Source: Vicugna vicugna
Lineage: Eukaryota
Length of the DNA: 64,000 nucleotides
Assembly: GCA_013265495.1 (NCBI GenBank)
Contig: MU057744.1
Location: 2,121,370-2,185,369, forward strand
Direction of reading: 5' to 3'
This document shows, in pieces, positions 23,119 through 34,191 of the stretch (position 1 is the first letter of the stretch; each line of letters opens with the position of its first letter). A program made the translations under genes and the position numbers. Below the pieces are notes generated by a model. It made no database searches. It saw only the letters and a program-made list of their open reading frames with translations, and was not told the origin of the DNA.

Positions 23119-25589
23119 CTCGTGTTAAAAAAGTCCACCCTACAGTTAAGCTTGGCTGGCTCCGTTCTCCAGACCTCCTGTACCAACCCGTCTTCCCGTT
23201 AGACTCTAAGCTGCTTGAAGACATGGACTGTATATGTTCTCTCCTTATCCTTCAAATTGAGTCCAGTAGTTTCCTTTCAGAAAGTTGAATATTTTGGTGT
23301 AAATTGCTAGATTGAGAATATTAGCAGAGGAAAAAACAAACTCATGACCAAGGTTATGGGGAAGGGCCAATATGCCTTTCTGTCTCCAACATCCTCTTCC
23401 AGCCCAACAAACACTAAAGCAGTCTGTTCTGGAACCAGCTCCTTGGAGATGGCAGTTGGTGGACATTGGCACATTTCCCCCTTTGTAACAAGAAGCTCAA
23501 TTACAATGTCCATTCACAAAAGTCACATATAGGATGCATCTTACTGAAAATTCAGGATGGGACTCAAACAAATGATAGCCTCTCTGCTAGTGCTTGTGGA
23601 TCAGCTGGGTCTTTCCTTGTCCTCGTGGAAAGGAAACACTCTTCATTAGAAGCCACCAGGCATGCCATTGTTCCAGGACTCAGTCCCATCCCGTTGGGCC
23701 ATTAAGTCCAAAGTTGTCTCATGGACAAGGTTAAGATTCTTCGGAGGAGCTGAGTCACTTCTCCATCAGTTATGTGGCTGTTGTCCCTGTCTTAGGAAGT
23801 TTGCTGGTATCTGTAGAGTCAAAGCCAATAGCGGCCTTGAGGAGAGGTCCTTAAGCCCAGACCTTTGTGTGTACAGATGTGTCACAGGGAGACGTTATCC
23901 AGACATTGTCTCCTCTAAACTCTGGAGAAGTCTTGTAATGCTTTCCTGAGCTGCAGAGGGAGAACAGAACTGATTATTGCTCATGAAGAGCTGTGAAATA
24001 ACAGAGCCAAGTCCTTTTGGGTGTGTCCTTATAAGAGGAAGAAACATTCAGAAGGGCAAAGAGATTAAAAAAGGAGAACACTGACATTTAATGCAGAGAA
24101 GCTGTTTCCGGCATAATCTCATGTGGGTTTTCACATCTCCATTGTTCTCTTTAGAGATTGGAGTTCCGTGGTCGAGGGGTTACATCCCTTGTGGGGGACC
24201 CGGAATTAGGCATCTCCAAAAGAAAATCAAATGGCTTTTCATCTCTCAGTTGAGAGTCCTTTCTTAGGAACCAGGACCTCTAAATGTGCCTTTCTCTGAA
24301 TTAATTTTCATTTTCCAAAAACATGTGCAGGTGTCTGAATCAGACAGAGAAAAGCAGGTGTGGGGAAAAACAATTACCTGGCGCCTATACGTACTTAATC
24401 TTGTCTCAGAAGGATACCTGCAAAGCCATTTGATAAAATTGTTTCTCGGATCCAAAATGGAAAGGTTATGAGAGGTGAAAAATCCATGATTTGATTTTTG
24501 TGCGTGTGGTCTTATCTCTCTTTTTTTCCCTCCACAATAGAACTTCATTTATCAAAGGGCTTTCAATTTTGAAAAGACAACTGCTTTGTAAAAGTAAAAC
24601 TTCAGCTCTTGCAAATGAGCATGAAAATGCTAAACATCACCTGCTAGAGGGAATAAATATTGTAATTGCTTTCTGCAGAATGTTCAGTTGTTAGAATGCC
24701 ACCGGATAATGCCTGAGGTGGGTGACATAAGCAATAATCAATTTAACACATATATTTAAAATCTGTTAGTTCAAAACAGGAGAAAAAGAAAAGAGCCACA
24801 CCCCCATCATATCTGGGTAACATTGAAACTTGATAAACTGAAGGCAGAGTTCGACAGCCTAGGATACCGACATTAAGAACAAATTACAGGATTAGTACAG
24901 CCTTACTCCTCTGGGCCTTAATGTCAGGGTTCTGTATGATCTCACCAGGCACGTTTCTGCCAACATGTTTACTGCCATATTTCAGTGGCTTGATACATCC
25001 TTGTGTTGATTAAATACAGATCAAAAGACTCTCGATCATGGAACCAGTGCTCATTTCCAATTTTGCTTTAAGAAGATTAGCAACTGATAATGATATTGGC
25101 CTCTCTCTTTGTGACCTATTACTTCCCACTAGTGAATCATCCAATTATGACTGAATTGCAGTGATGGTGCAAGAATTTGCAGAACACTTAACAGGTTTAT
25201 TGCAGATGAGTTAAATGTTCTAATTTAGTAATGAGGTAATTACCAAAAATTTGAAAAATGAGGTAATTTGAAAAAATTGTCCATGAGTCAGTGTTCAAAC
25301 TCCTTAGTTTCTAGATTTATCCCTGGGGCCATAACTTATATGCAGCACCAAAATGTAGTGGCTCCCCATGCGCCATGTTGATTTTTCTTCTTGGGCATGT
25401 GCTAGGGTGGTGCCCCTCTGCTGGGACTGCCCCAAGCTGTATGCATGTTCTCAAAGATGTGGTTAAAGGCTCAGCATTTGTACTGACTCCTTGGAAAAGC
25501 AGCCCCATCTTTTCATGCCTGGACTTCGTACCTCTTCTCTGTCCGTAGCATCTTGTAACTGTCACGGTCAGGACTCTAAGACAGCTCTT

Positions 25590-25748
25590 TGCTTAGCTCT
25601 GTTTCCCCAGCTATAACGTTCTTTTGAAGAACAGCAAACATGCTTTACTCATCTTTTTATTCTATAGTCTACACCTAACACATAACAAGTACTCAATAAG
25701 TATTCGTTGAAAAGGAAGACCGAATGGCTGATTGAAAGAATGAATGAG
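25590..25748 (+). mobile_element. L2 3' end
   Basis: '...acacataacaagtactcaataagtattcgttgaa...gaatgaatga' L2 terminal motif. Confidence 0.7.
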
Positions 25749-26241
25749 ACTTTGAGCGCCTTAAAACTCAGCTGTAGGTGATGGAGCAATTATCTGTACC
25801 AGCTACTTAGTGGAAATACAAAAAATGCCTCTGTCTAGCCTGAGCAAGAAGAAGGCATTTGGAAGGCTCCTAAGATAGCTCAAGGATGGAAAAAAGGGGT
25901 GAACCCCACTTCGTGATGACAGTACTCAACGCAATTCTGGGTGCTCAACCAAGGCAAGTGCACGAAACTTGTAAGGTGCGGCCCTCAGTGGGAAGTTCCA
26001 ACGACCCCCATCCCTGTGTGCTCAGGGCGAGGAGAGGAGCTGACTGGCCCAGAGAGTCAGTCTCCAGCGCTCACCCCTGCCACCAGAGGATTAGATCTAG
26101 CGTAAGTGTTTGTGCTGGGAAAGTGTGCGGACAGTAGCACCACCGCCGGAAGACCTCGCCTCGCTGCCTGTGGTGCTAGGGGGCGAGATTTCAGCGAGTC
26201 ACCTTTGCTATTACATGTGACGATCTGAGTTTCTTGAGGAG

Positions 26242-26661
26242 GGAGTATAGGGGACGGCTTTCAGAAGTGTCAGCACTTCCATGACGTCTTGGACTTCCTC
26301 TGGTGTTCTCCCTGCTTCCCTCCAGTGCTACGTCCATTCTGCTGGGAGCAGAATTATCATGGGGGATTGGAATCAAAGTGTGGAGTATAGGGGACGGCTT
26401 TCAGAAGTGTCAGCACTTCCATGACGTCTTGGACTTCCTCTGGTGTTCTCCCTGCTTCCCTCCAGTGCTACGTCCATTCTGCTGGGAGCAGAATTATCAT
26501 GGGGGATTGGAATCAAAGTGTGGAGTATAGGGGACGGCTTTCAGAAGTGTCAGCACTTCCATGACGTCTTGGACTTCCTCTGGTGTTCTCCCTGCTTCCC
26601 TCCAGTGCTACGTCCATTCTGCTGGGAGCAGAATTATCATGGGGGATTGGAATCAAAGTGT
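26242..26661. repeat. Perfect tandem triplication, 3 x 140 bp
   Basis: Units 26242-26381, 26382-26521 and 26522-26661 are identical by inspection (ggagtatagggg...aatcaaagtgt). Confidence 0.98.
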
Positions 26662-26895
26662 TGAAACGTCTCCAACTCATATTTGTTTCAGCTCATACTT
26701 TTTAAGGCTCCTTTCTGGCATAATGTGTTAGATTTATAATATATTACATAGGATCATAGAATATTAATACTTACACATAAAAAGGCACTTAATTACTATT
26801 TTCCATCAAAGCTGTGTGATCAAAAAATTCAGAGAAAACTGTTCTGAAGGTTTTAAAGTCTATTCAGTTTGAGAGCTATTAAAAACCTGTCATGA

Positions 26896-27048
26896 GAGGG
26901 TGGAGGGTATGCTCAGTGGTAGAGCACGTGCTTAGCACGCACGAGGTCCTGGGTTCAATCCCCAGTCCCTCCATTAAATAAATAAATAAATAAACTTAAT
27001 TACCTCTCCCCAAAAGAACCGAAAAGAAAGAAAGAAACAAACAAAAAA
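26896..27048 (+). mobile_element. tRNA-derived SINE (Vic-1-like)
   Basis: A box 'tgctcagtggtagagc', B box 'gggttcaatccc', then (AAAT)n, 'cttaattacctctcccc' and an A-rich tail; 3' boundary uncertain. Confidence 0.92.
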
Positions 27049-28884
27049 CTATCACTGGAAAGGTATTAAAATAGATATTGGTAACAATAAAAAAAACTTT
27101 GTAACATGGCAAACTAGCTATTTATTGAAAAATAATTTAAAATATAAGCATAATATTTTATATTTTAATATATTAAAAACCATGTTTATATTTTTATTAT
27201 AAAGTAAAATATTTTTCTGTCCTAAGGACCTGACGAGGTTTCATTGTGACAGAATTCTGTTAAGGCATACACTACCTAATTTTCATTTCATCTAACATCT
27301 TTCTCCTTTTCCTCCTGGGAAGAAAAAACTCAAATACTTCCTTTTGGTTGAAATAACAACACCTAATTATAGAGTAGCTTTCTTTAAACAAATACATAAA
27401 TTCTTCAAAGGATTTCATCAAGTTAGGAGCAGTATTTGTAAGTTGTGGGGGGGAGTGGCTTGTCACTTTGGCAAGCACTACAAACTTGATGTTCCGGCTC
27501 AGTAACCACAGCCTTGAACGGTCTGAAAGACGTCATGCTATTTCTAGAGGCGCAGTGGTCTACTTTGTGATCTAAAGTAATTAAAGCACAAAGTGAAGCC
27601 TTTCAAGGGAAGTTGAGTTTGCTGGGAAAGCCCAATGTGTGGCACGTTTCTAAGAAAGAAGAATAAAATGGAAAAGCAAATGAGACCGTGTTTCCGCGAT
27701 GGAAAGTCAGCAAACAACTCATTATGGCGTGGAAGGTTTCATCAGGCAGCGGTGTTACTTTCTCCTGCACAGAAGACCGATTTTGCCTTTACTCTTTGAT
27801 TTCATTTTATTTTGAATTGACTTGGTGGGACTGGTGGTGCCAGGCAGAAACACCCCTTGGGAAGGGCCCCCCTTTCTCCCAGCGTCGGGCATCTGGTAGA
27901 ATAGCTTCAGTGAGGGTGACACACCTTTTCTGTCTTTCGGTTCCTTCCTCGTCGGGGGACCGAATAGGCAGAATCAGCTTTGCCCTCTTCTCTGTCTCCT
28001 GTTGGATCACTGGTACAATTTGAGAATTCCCTTAAACATAATTTTTAGTTGTTTAGGTCAGTGAAAGCCATCCACGACGTTTGTCGATTTCATAACACAC
28101 TGCCTCCCCATTCTTGTCTTTTCCCCGTTCTCCACGGAGAATGAAGTTGAATGCTAACGAATATGCTTCCTCAAGAATGTCAAGACTAATTTTATCCCAA
28201 TTGTCGTGACCCATGTGTCAAAATAATCCTAAGAGCAGGGTAGAAAATAACATTTTAAGCAAAGCCAGAGGGTAATTAATGCTGTGGTGCATGTCAGACC
28301 ATGCCTGGTGAGGATATTAAAGTGCTTCAGTTAAGTCAAAGTTTTGATGAATGTTCACAGCTTTCCTGTTGACTTTACAGCCCGAACTAACAACACAGAC
28401 CATTTGTCACTGTCAGTACCTAGGGCTGCACCTGAAAATGTCAACAGCAGCAGCAACAATTCTCCGAATAAAATGTTCTGTTTCCAGCCATGATGCCAAT
28501 GTCTGTAAATCTCAGTTCCTCCTCCCTCAGCCCCTTGTCCCTGAACATTTCCTGGAACGCTTCAGCTGCAGAGCGCGTAGGTGGTTATGTCCAGGTGCAG
28601 AGAAGGGTCTGCATTCTCCAAGGACTCAGGAAGGCCTTCTCTGTTCTGCTGTCAACGTGGGACGCCAGATCAGAATGGTGGAGAGCTCCAAGGCACGGAG
28701 TGTAACTCAGCATTACTGCTCAGTCGTACAGGCACTCAGAAATGATTACACGAAAGCACAAGAGGCTGCAGACAGCATAACAATTCAGGGGAAACGGTAG
28801 AGGACTAGGACGTCCCAGCTTCAAGGAAGAAGGCTGAGCAAGAGACTGAGCACCAAGGCAAATGGCAGAAGCTGTTACGCAAAG

Positions 28885-29030
28885 TGGGACGTGGAAGGAA
28901 GACTTCCACCCGAAATGCCGTCCAGCTGAGCGCTAACTATGTGACCTTGCAAAAGCTGTTTACTTTCTATACCTCAGTGACGTCACCTTTAACGTAGGGG
29001 AAAGGATGCCGACGCTGCAGGGTCCTGGGA
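28885..29030 (+). mobile_element. MIR fragment
   Basis: 'ctaactatgtgaccttgcaaaagctgtttactttctatacctcagt...tttaacgtagggg' MIR core. Confidence 0.65.
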
Positions 29031-29225
29031 CCCCTGGAGCTAAGCTCACATCGGTTTTCAATCCTTGATATGCTACCGTTTTCCCCGTGCTTTCCATGTG
29101 TGATTCCAATTGCATGCTCAGGTATAGTTTGACCTCCTCACCACGTAAGGCAGCGCATCTGCTGGGACATTCTATGTGATCCAGGGAAGGGGGTGGGGGA
29201 AGGAGGAGGCGGGGGAAGGAGGAAG

Positions 29226-29437
29226 TGTAAGACATGGGAACACAGAGGTTTAATATTCCTAACTTCTTTTTTTTTTAAATTTGTGGTGTTTTTTATGTAA
29301 GACATGGGAACACAGAGGTTTAATATTCCTAACTTCTTTTTTTTTTAAATTTGTGGTGTTTTTTATGTAAGACATGGGAACACAGAGGTTTAATATTCCT
29401 AACTTCTTTTTTTTTTTAAATTTGTGGTGTTTTTTAT
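29226..29437. repeat. Tandem triplication, 3 x 70-71 bp, spanning the tail junction of a SINE
   Basis: Units start at 29226, 29296 and 29366; identical except poly-T length (10, 10, 11). Confidence 0.97.
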
Positions 29438-29494
29438 TTTCATTTTTTAATTTTTTGGGGGGAGTAATTAGGTTGGTTTGTTTGTTGGTTAGTT

Positions 29495-29538
<44 letters not shown>

Positions 29539-29631
29539 TTCTTTTCTTTCTTAATGGAGGTACTGGGGACTGAATCCATGACTGTGTGCATGCTAAGCAC
29601 ACATTCTACCACTGAGCTACACCCCTCCCAC
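29410..29631 (-). mobile_element. tRNA-derived SINE (Vic-1-like) with internal (TTTC)n
   Basis: Antisense head 'ggaggtactggggactgaatccatgactgtgtgcatgctaagcacacattctaccactgagctacacccctccc'; TSD AATATTCCTAACTTCTTT / AATGTTCCTAACTTCTTT (29632-29649). Confidence 0.93.
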
Positions 29632-30870
29632 AATGTTCCTAACTTCTTTATATGAGTATAGTTTGAATCAAAAACTCTCAAATCTTCAAAACTGGGAAGG
29701 AGGTCTGTAGGGGCACCCCTTTTCCTATTCAAGGGATTTTGATTTCTTTTTTTTTGTCATTTTCATAAATGCTTTATTAAGTCTATCCACAAATACCAGA
29801 AGGGCCCTAACAGGAACCAGCATCCTCTGTGTGTAAGCACCTTCTGAAGGTGGCTTCCTTCTTCCTATATAGAAAAGGAATTTAGGGGATGTAGACATTT
29901 GACCTCCTCAACTTTCACGAGGCTGCAGCAATTATTTCAAGTTTTAGGGAACTTCATGCTTGCCCTTGGGTAGAAAATCCTAAGTAAAATGGGGTCTCCA
30001 ATTATTAACTCTTTAGCAATACGCAGAGTAATTATCTCAGTGAAAATGTGTTTAATGGGCTTATTCTCATGTCTTTTCAGTAAGTTCTCCCAGAGTTCTT
30101 ACCGCTCCCAATACCTAGAGGGATACCCACAAGGCAGAGAGCAGAGCTGAGCTCTCTCCACGCCAGCATCTCCCCAGCATCTCACGTCCAACCTCTGCAC
30201 ATGCCAGCGCTGAGCCCTGGCTGTGTTGTTTTCTGATTTGGTATGTTTGCAAGCTCTTGAAGAGTTTTTTTTTTTTTTTTCTGTTTACCTCTTTGATTGC
30301 TCTGAACAAGATAAAATAGGTTCTGTTGAATGCCAACATTGATCTAATTTACATTGCTGTAATCTCGCCCCTCCCCCCTTTTTTCACTTTTGCTGATAAT
30401 CATTCCTTTTAACTAAACATTATAATTAGCATTTTGTGTTTCTTAACAGCTGCTTTCCTTGTAGCCTTAAAAATAAGAGAAAACTTGTGTTTTTCTTCAA
30501 GTCCTTTTTGTCTTCAGATTTCTAGTTTTAATTGTTTTTCTCATCTGCAGCTCTTCAGAGATAATTCTGTTTTCATATCATGTAATTTTAAATAATTTTT
30601 GGCAGAAATGGTTCTTGAGTATTTGTTTTCCTTCCAGTTTTTTTTGCTCATTTCAGTACATGGGGGAAAAAAAAGGAAGATATTTATTAAACAAATAATT
30701 TCCATGATATATTTTCTAAGATTTGTAATCTCTTTATTTAAGGCATTAGACATCCAAAGTCCAGCCCTCAAAAGTAATTTGAGAACATCAGTATCCAACT
30801 TGAGAATATTAATTTGTGAGGCATAGAGATGAAAGTCATACAACACGAATCTTTATGAAGGCCATTCCAA

Positions 30871-31000
30871 GAGAGGGTAGAGCTCAGTGGTGGAGCACGT
30901 GCTTAGCAGACAGGAGGCCCTGAGGTGTTCAATCCCCAGTGCCGCCATTAAATTAATAAATAAACCTAATTACTTCCCCCCCAAATAATGATTAAAAAAA
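30871..31000 (+). mobile_element. tRNA-derived SINE (Vic-1-like)
   Basis: 'gagagggtagagctcagtggtggagcacgtgcttagc...gttcaatccccagt...aaacctaattacttcccccc'; degenerate TSD AAGGCCATTCC / AAGACCATTTC. Confidence 0.9.
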
Positions 31001-32369
31001 GACCATTTCGTAAATACTTTAAAACAACATCTGTCTGGTATATATACTTAATAGAGCCCCAGAATTTTATGATAGAAAGATGTTAGAAATATGATTTCCG
31101 AAAAGTGAAACTATTAATGTTTTTGTGCAACATACTTATTCATAGAAATAGGTAAAGCAGAATCAATTAAGAATTTGTGCAGTAAGATTTGATGCAGCAA
31201 AAATGTAGTTCAGACGAATCTCTGCTGGTAAGATATTCCAGTGCAGTAAGAGATCTGTTTTAAGCAGATATCTGGATTCACGCTTATGAGAAATTCATTT
31301 TATTCTATGGTTTACTTGGGGAAATGTTACAGATCATGACTAGCTCTGTTCCTTAACTTTTCCAGCTTTGCCCTGGCATTCATGCATGCTAATTGCCTTC
31401 TTTCCTCCTTGCCTGGAAATGTAAGTTACCAGGGGTCATGGGGTGCAGAAGGCTCGCCAACGTCTAATGAAATGTGGAAAGTAACCTGCCATTTCACATC
31501 CATAAGACAAGCCTTTAGCCCAGAAAAATAATGCTCTGCACTGGGCCTAGATTGGACGTTCCAGATTTGCCCTGAGAATTTATATCATCATTTATAGGCA
31601 TGCATTTTTTTTTTGCCCTTCTTCAGGGGCCAACAGCCACTTGAATTATTTCTGCTTTCTAAGAAGCTTGTGTATCTTATATGTGATAAAAGGCATTTGT
31701 GAACTTGGTGAAAGAATGCAAGGACAGTAAAATTCATCAAAGAAAAGCTATAACAAATATCCCATTAGGTAACAAATGCTAAAAATAGCAGTTACGAGCA
31801 TAATAGGCAGTTTCATACTCTGGGGCTGCTGGCCTGAGGTGAACTTTTATAGTTATTTTGACAGCTTATATTAAAATCTATAGACAATATTTAAAATATT
31901 TAAGAACTGGTGTGAAAACCAGCGTTTAGAAAATGGCAAATACACAAGGCAAATCTCTGATTTAGAAAATCCGTAAACTCTTTCTGGGGGAAAAAAAAAA
32001 AAGCTAAGCAACCATCTGTCTCCAGTCTTTTCTATATTATTTTCCAGCCTCTGATGTAAGATCCGTCTAGTATACTGTTGTTTAGATTATTATCTTAGTA
32101 AAACAGGGGAAAAATGCAAGAAGAAAAATAGATAAAATGAAGTAAGTCTTGAAAAGGTTCATGGGGACCTGGAGATTACTTGTATCTGTTACGATGCACT
32201 GTGTGTTTCTTCATAATTGATAAGGAAGGACGAGGTAATGTATAGCCTGACCTGACTACCCCACGAGTTCTAAAGACAAGGATATAAACATTTTCTATAT
32301 AATTTCAAGTGGAAAGGATGCACCCTTCTTGACTGTTTGTGACTTTGCTAGAGTTCATTCTTGAAGAAT

Positions 32370-32820
32370 CCCGTGGTGTCATTAAGACAAGAGCATCCAG
32401 GTGGAGTCGGGGCGCCAGGCCTGAGTGCCCTTTGTACCTGGCAAGACACCTGAGCTTCCAGGGCCTCCGTCTCCACAGGATAAAGCGGGCATAACCATTG
32501 TATTATACTAAATACTTCACAAAGTTATTTTTAAGTATCAAACGAGGCATAAATGTATGCAAGAGCCTTCTGAATATTGTAAGGCACTGTTACTGCCATG
32601 CAAATATCCATGATTGCTACACCCACCTAAATGAGCTAAAAAAGACAACGTGTCAGCAACCACATGAAGAAACTATCAGAGAAACAATCAGACTGATATT
32701 CAACTCTACTTTTTTTTTTTAAAGTAAGGAATCACAATGGCACAGTTGATGAGACAAAACAATTAAGCAATTTGCCTGTGAGTGTCTTACCAGTTAGTGG
32801 CAGAGCCATGACGATTTTCC
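32370..32820. mobile_element. Two adjacent MIR fragments (sense ~32370-32600, antisense ~32650-32820)
   Basis: 'acttcacaaagttatttttaagtatcaaacgaggcataaatgtatgcaagagcc' and 'ttaagcaatttgcctgtg...ccagttagtggcagagcca'. Confidence 0.55.
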
Positions 32821-33774
32821 TCACGTATATTGTGAAAGAGCTTGGCTACCAGGAAGTGATTATATGATACAAAAAGAAAATACAAAAATCTTAAAAATCT
32901 GGGACTCAATGAAACAAAACTATTGCCCAGATACTAAAACAACAACAAAATATAACAAAAATATAAAAGTTGGGAGGAAGACATCTCAAGACGTCTGCAC
33001 ACTTTTATTCGTTCATTTATTCACTAGTGAAAACTTCTTTCCAGCTCTGTGCTAGAGAATCAAATGTGCCTGTGACACAGTTCTTGTTGAAAGGCGCTCA
33101 CTGACTTGAAGATTTGCTTTCACTTTAACATCTACAGGCTGGACAGTGAAAAACTATTTAAAAGAATGTCTCTAACACATTCTGTATCATGCAGCCCAGT
33201 ATGGACTGCAAGGTCTCTGAGACAGACAGACCAGTACACCTGCCTGCAAGGAGCCTGCACACTAAAGGCGCTGTAAGTTTGAGATTTTTGTTCATATATC
33301 TTAGGCAGATTTTTTTCTGGTAGAATCAGGAACATTAGGGCTAAACCAGTGCTACTGGAACCCTCCCTTAATATCCTGGCTGAAGGTTTACTGCAGTTTC
33401 TGTCAAGGTCATGGAAATAGCCCTCACGCTTGCATCAAATGATTTCATTTGCCTTTGTTTCCCCGTAGAAACGATGTGATTTTCAGAAGTAGATTCATGT
33501 ACTTTGCTTCTTTATGTGAATTGAACTGTAGCCTGGGAAGATGGGTAATTAGGCAGAGCTTAATGTCTGTCCCCTCTCCCCCAACCTACATAAAGGAGCA
33601 TTGCCTGTGTCTCTTTTCAGAATGAGCTTTTAGAACATTTAGACTGAGCATAGAGACCCATCACTTAAAGATATCAAGACCACTGTTTTCGTCAGTCCAG
33701 GTTTTAATGCGGAGCAATGGTGAGCACTGCTAAGTAATTGAACGAAGAGGATATTAGACTGCGACGCTTTCACA

Positions 33775-34071
33775 GACTACGTGAACGAACCCAAACTCCA
33801 GCCAGAGGCAATGCACTTACATCCAAGAAAACGAAACTTCAGGACGACCAGCCACGGCCAACAGGCTTCCCGGAACGAGGCAACTGCTAAAGTGAGAGCC
33901 AATCAAATGATTTCCTTGCTTTGCGTCTGTCTTTTCCCTGTAAAAACCTCTCGCCTGTCTCCCGCTGGTAGAGCTCCCTTAACCATTTTAGGTCTGGTAC
34001 TGCCCATTTTCAATAGATGTTTATTCAAATAGACTTGACAATTTTAACGTGCCTTAGTTGATCCTTTAACA
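33775..34071 (+). mobile_element. ERV1-class LTR (5' boundary uncertain)
   Basis: U3-like order of CCAAT box 'agccaatca', 'ttccttgctttgc' and TATA-like 'ctgtaaaaacc'; LTR-type end 'aattttaacgtgccttagttgatcctttaaca'. Confidence 0.6.
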
Positions 34072-34115
34072 GTAGGTGATATGTGTCCTGATAAAACAAA
34101 TGATTGAAAATGGGC

Positions 34116-34191
34116 TGGGACACTGCTGTACACCGGAGACTGACACATTGTAATTGACTGTATTTCAAGTAAAAAAAAAGAGAAAGAAAAA
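34116..34191 (+). mobile_element. Ultra-short (76 bp) LINE-1 3' terminus
   Basis: 'tgggacactgctgtacaccggagactgacacattgtaattgactgtatttcaag' plus A-tail; TSD GAAAATGGGC (34106-34115 / 34192-34201). Confidence 0.9.

Noticed and set aside
23540..24000. Possible processed pseudogene or exon in unique-looking sequence
   Set aside because: The frames I checked by hand hit stops quickly, with no recognisable protein similarity, poly(A) or TSD.
26242..26661. CRISPR-like array
   Set aside because: Units are contiguous and identical with no unique spacers, there are no cas genes, and the context is mammalian.
26896..26980. tRNA gene (A and B boxes present; also at 21630-21695, 29560-29630, 30871-30945, 41500-41573 and 61780-61855)
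   Set aside because: Each continues into the shared SINE body and A-rich tail, most with TSDs; these are tRNA-derived SINE heads.
28351..28800. 149-aa ORF
   Set aside because: No recognisable domain, coding bias or exon structure; this length is compatible with chance in 64 kb.
29259..29732. 157-aa Lys-rich ORF
   Set aside because: Produced by a SINE, a (TTTC)n tract and the 70-bp triplication.
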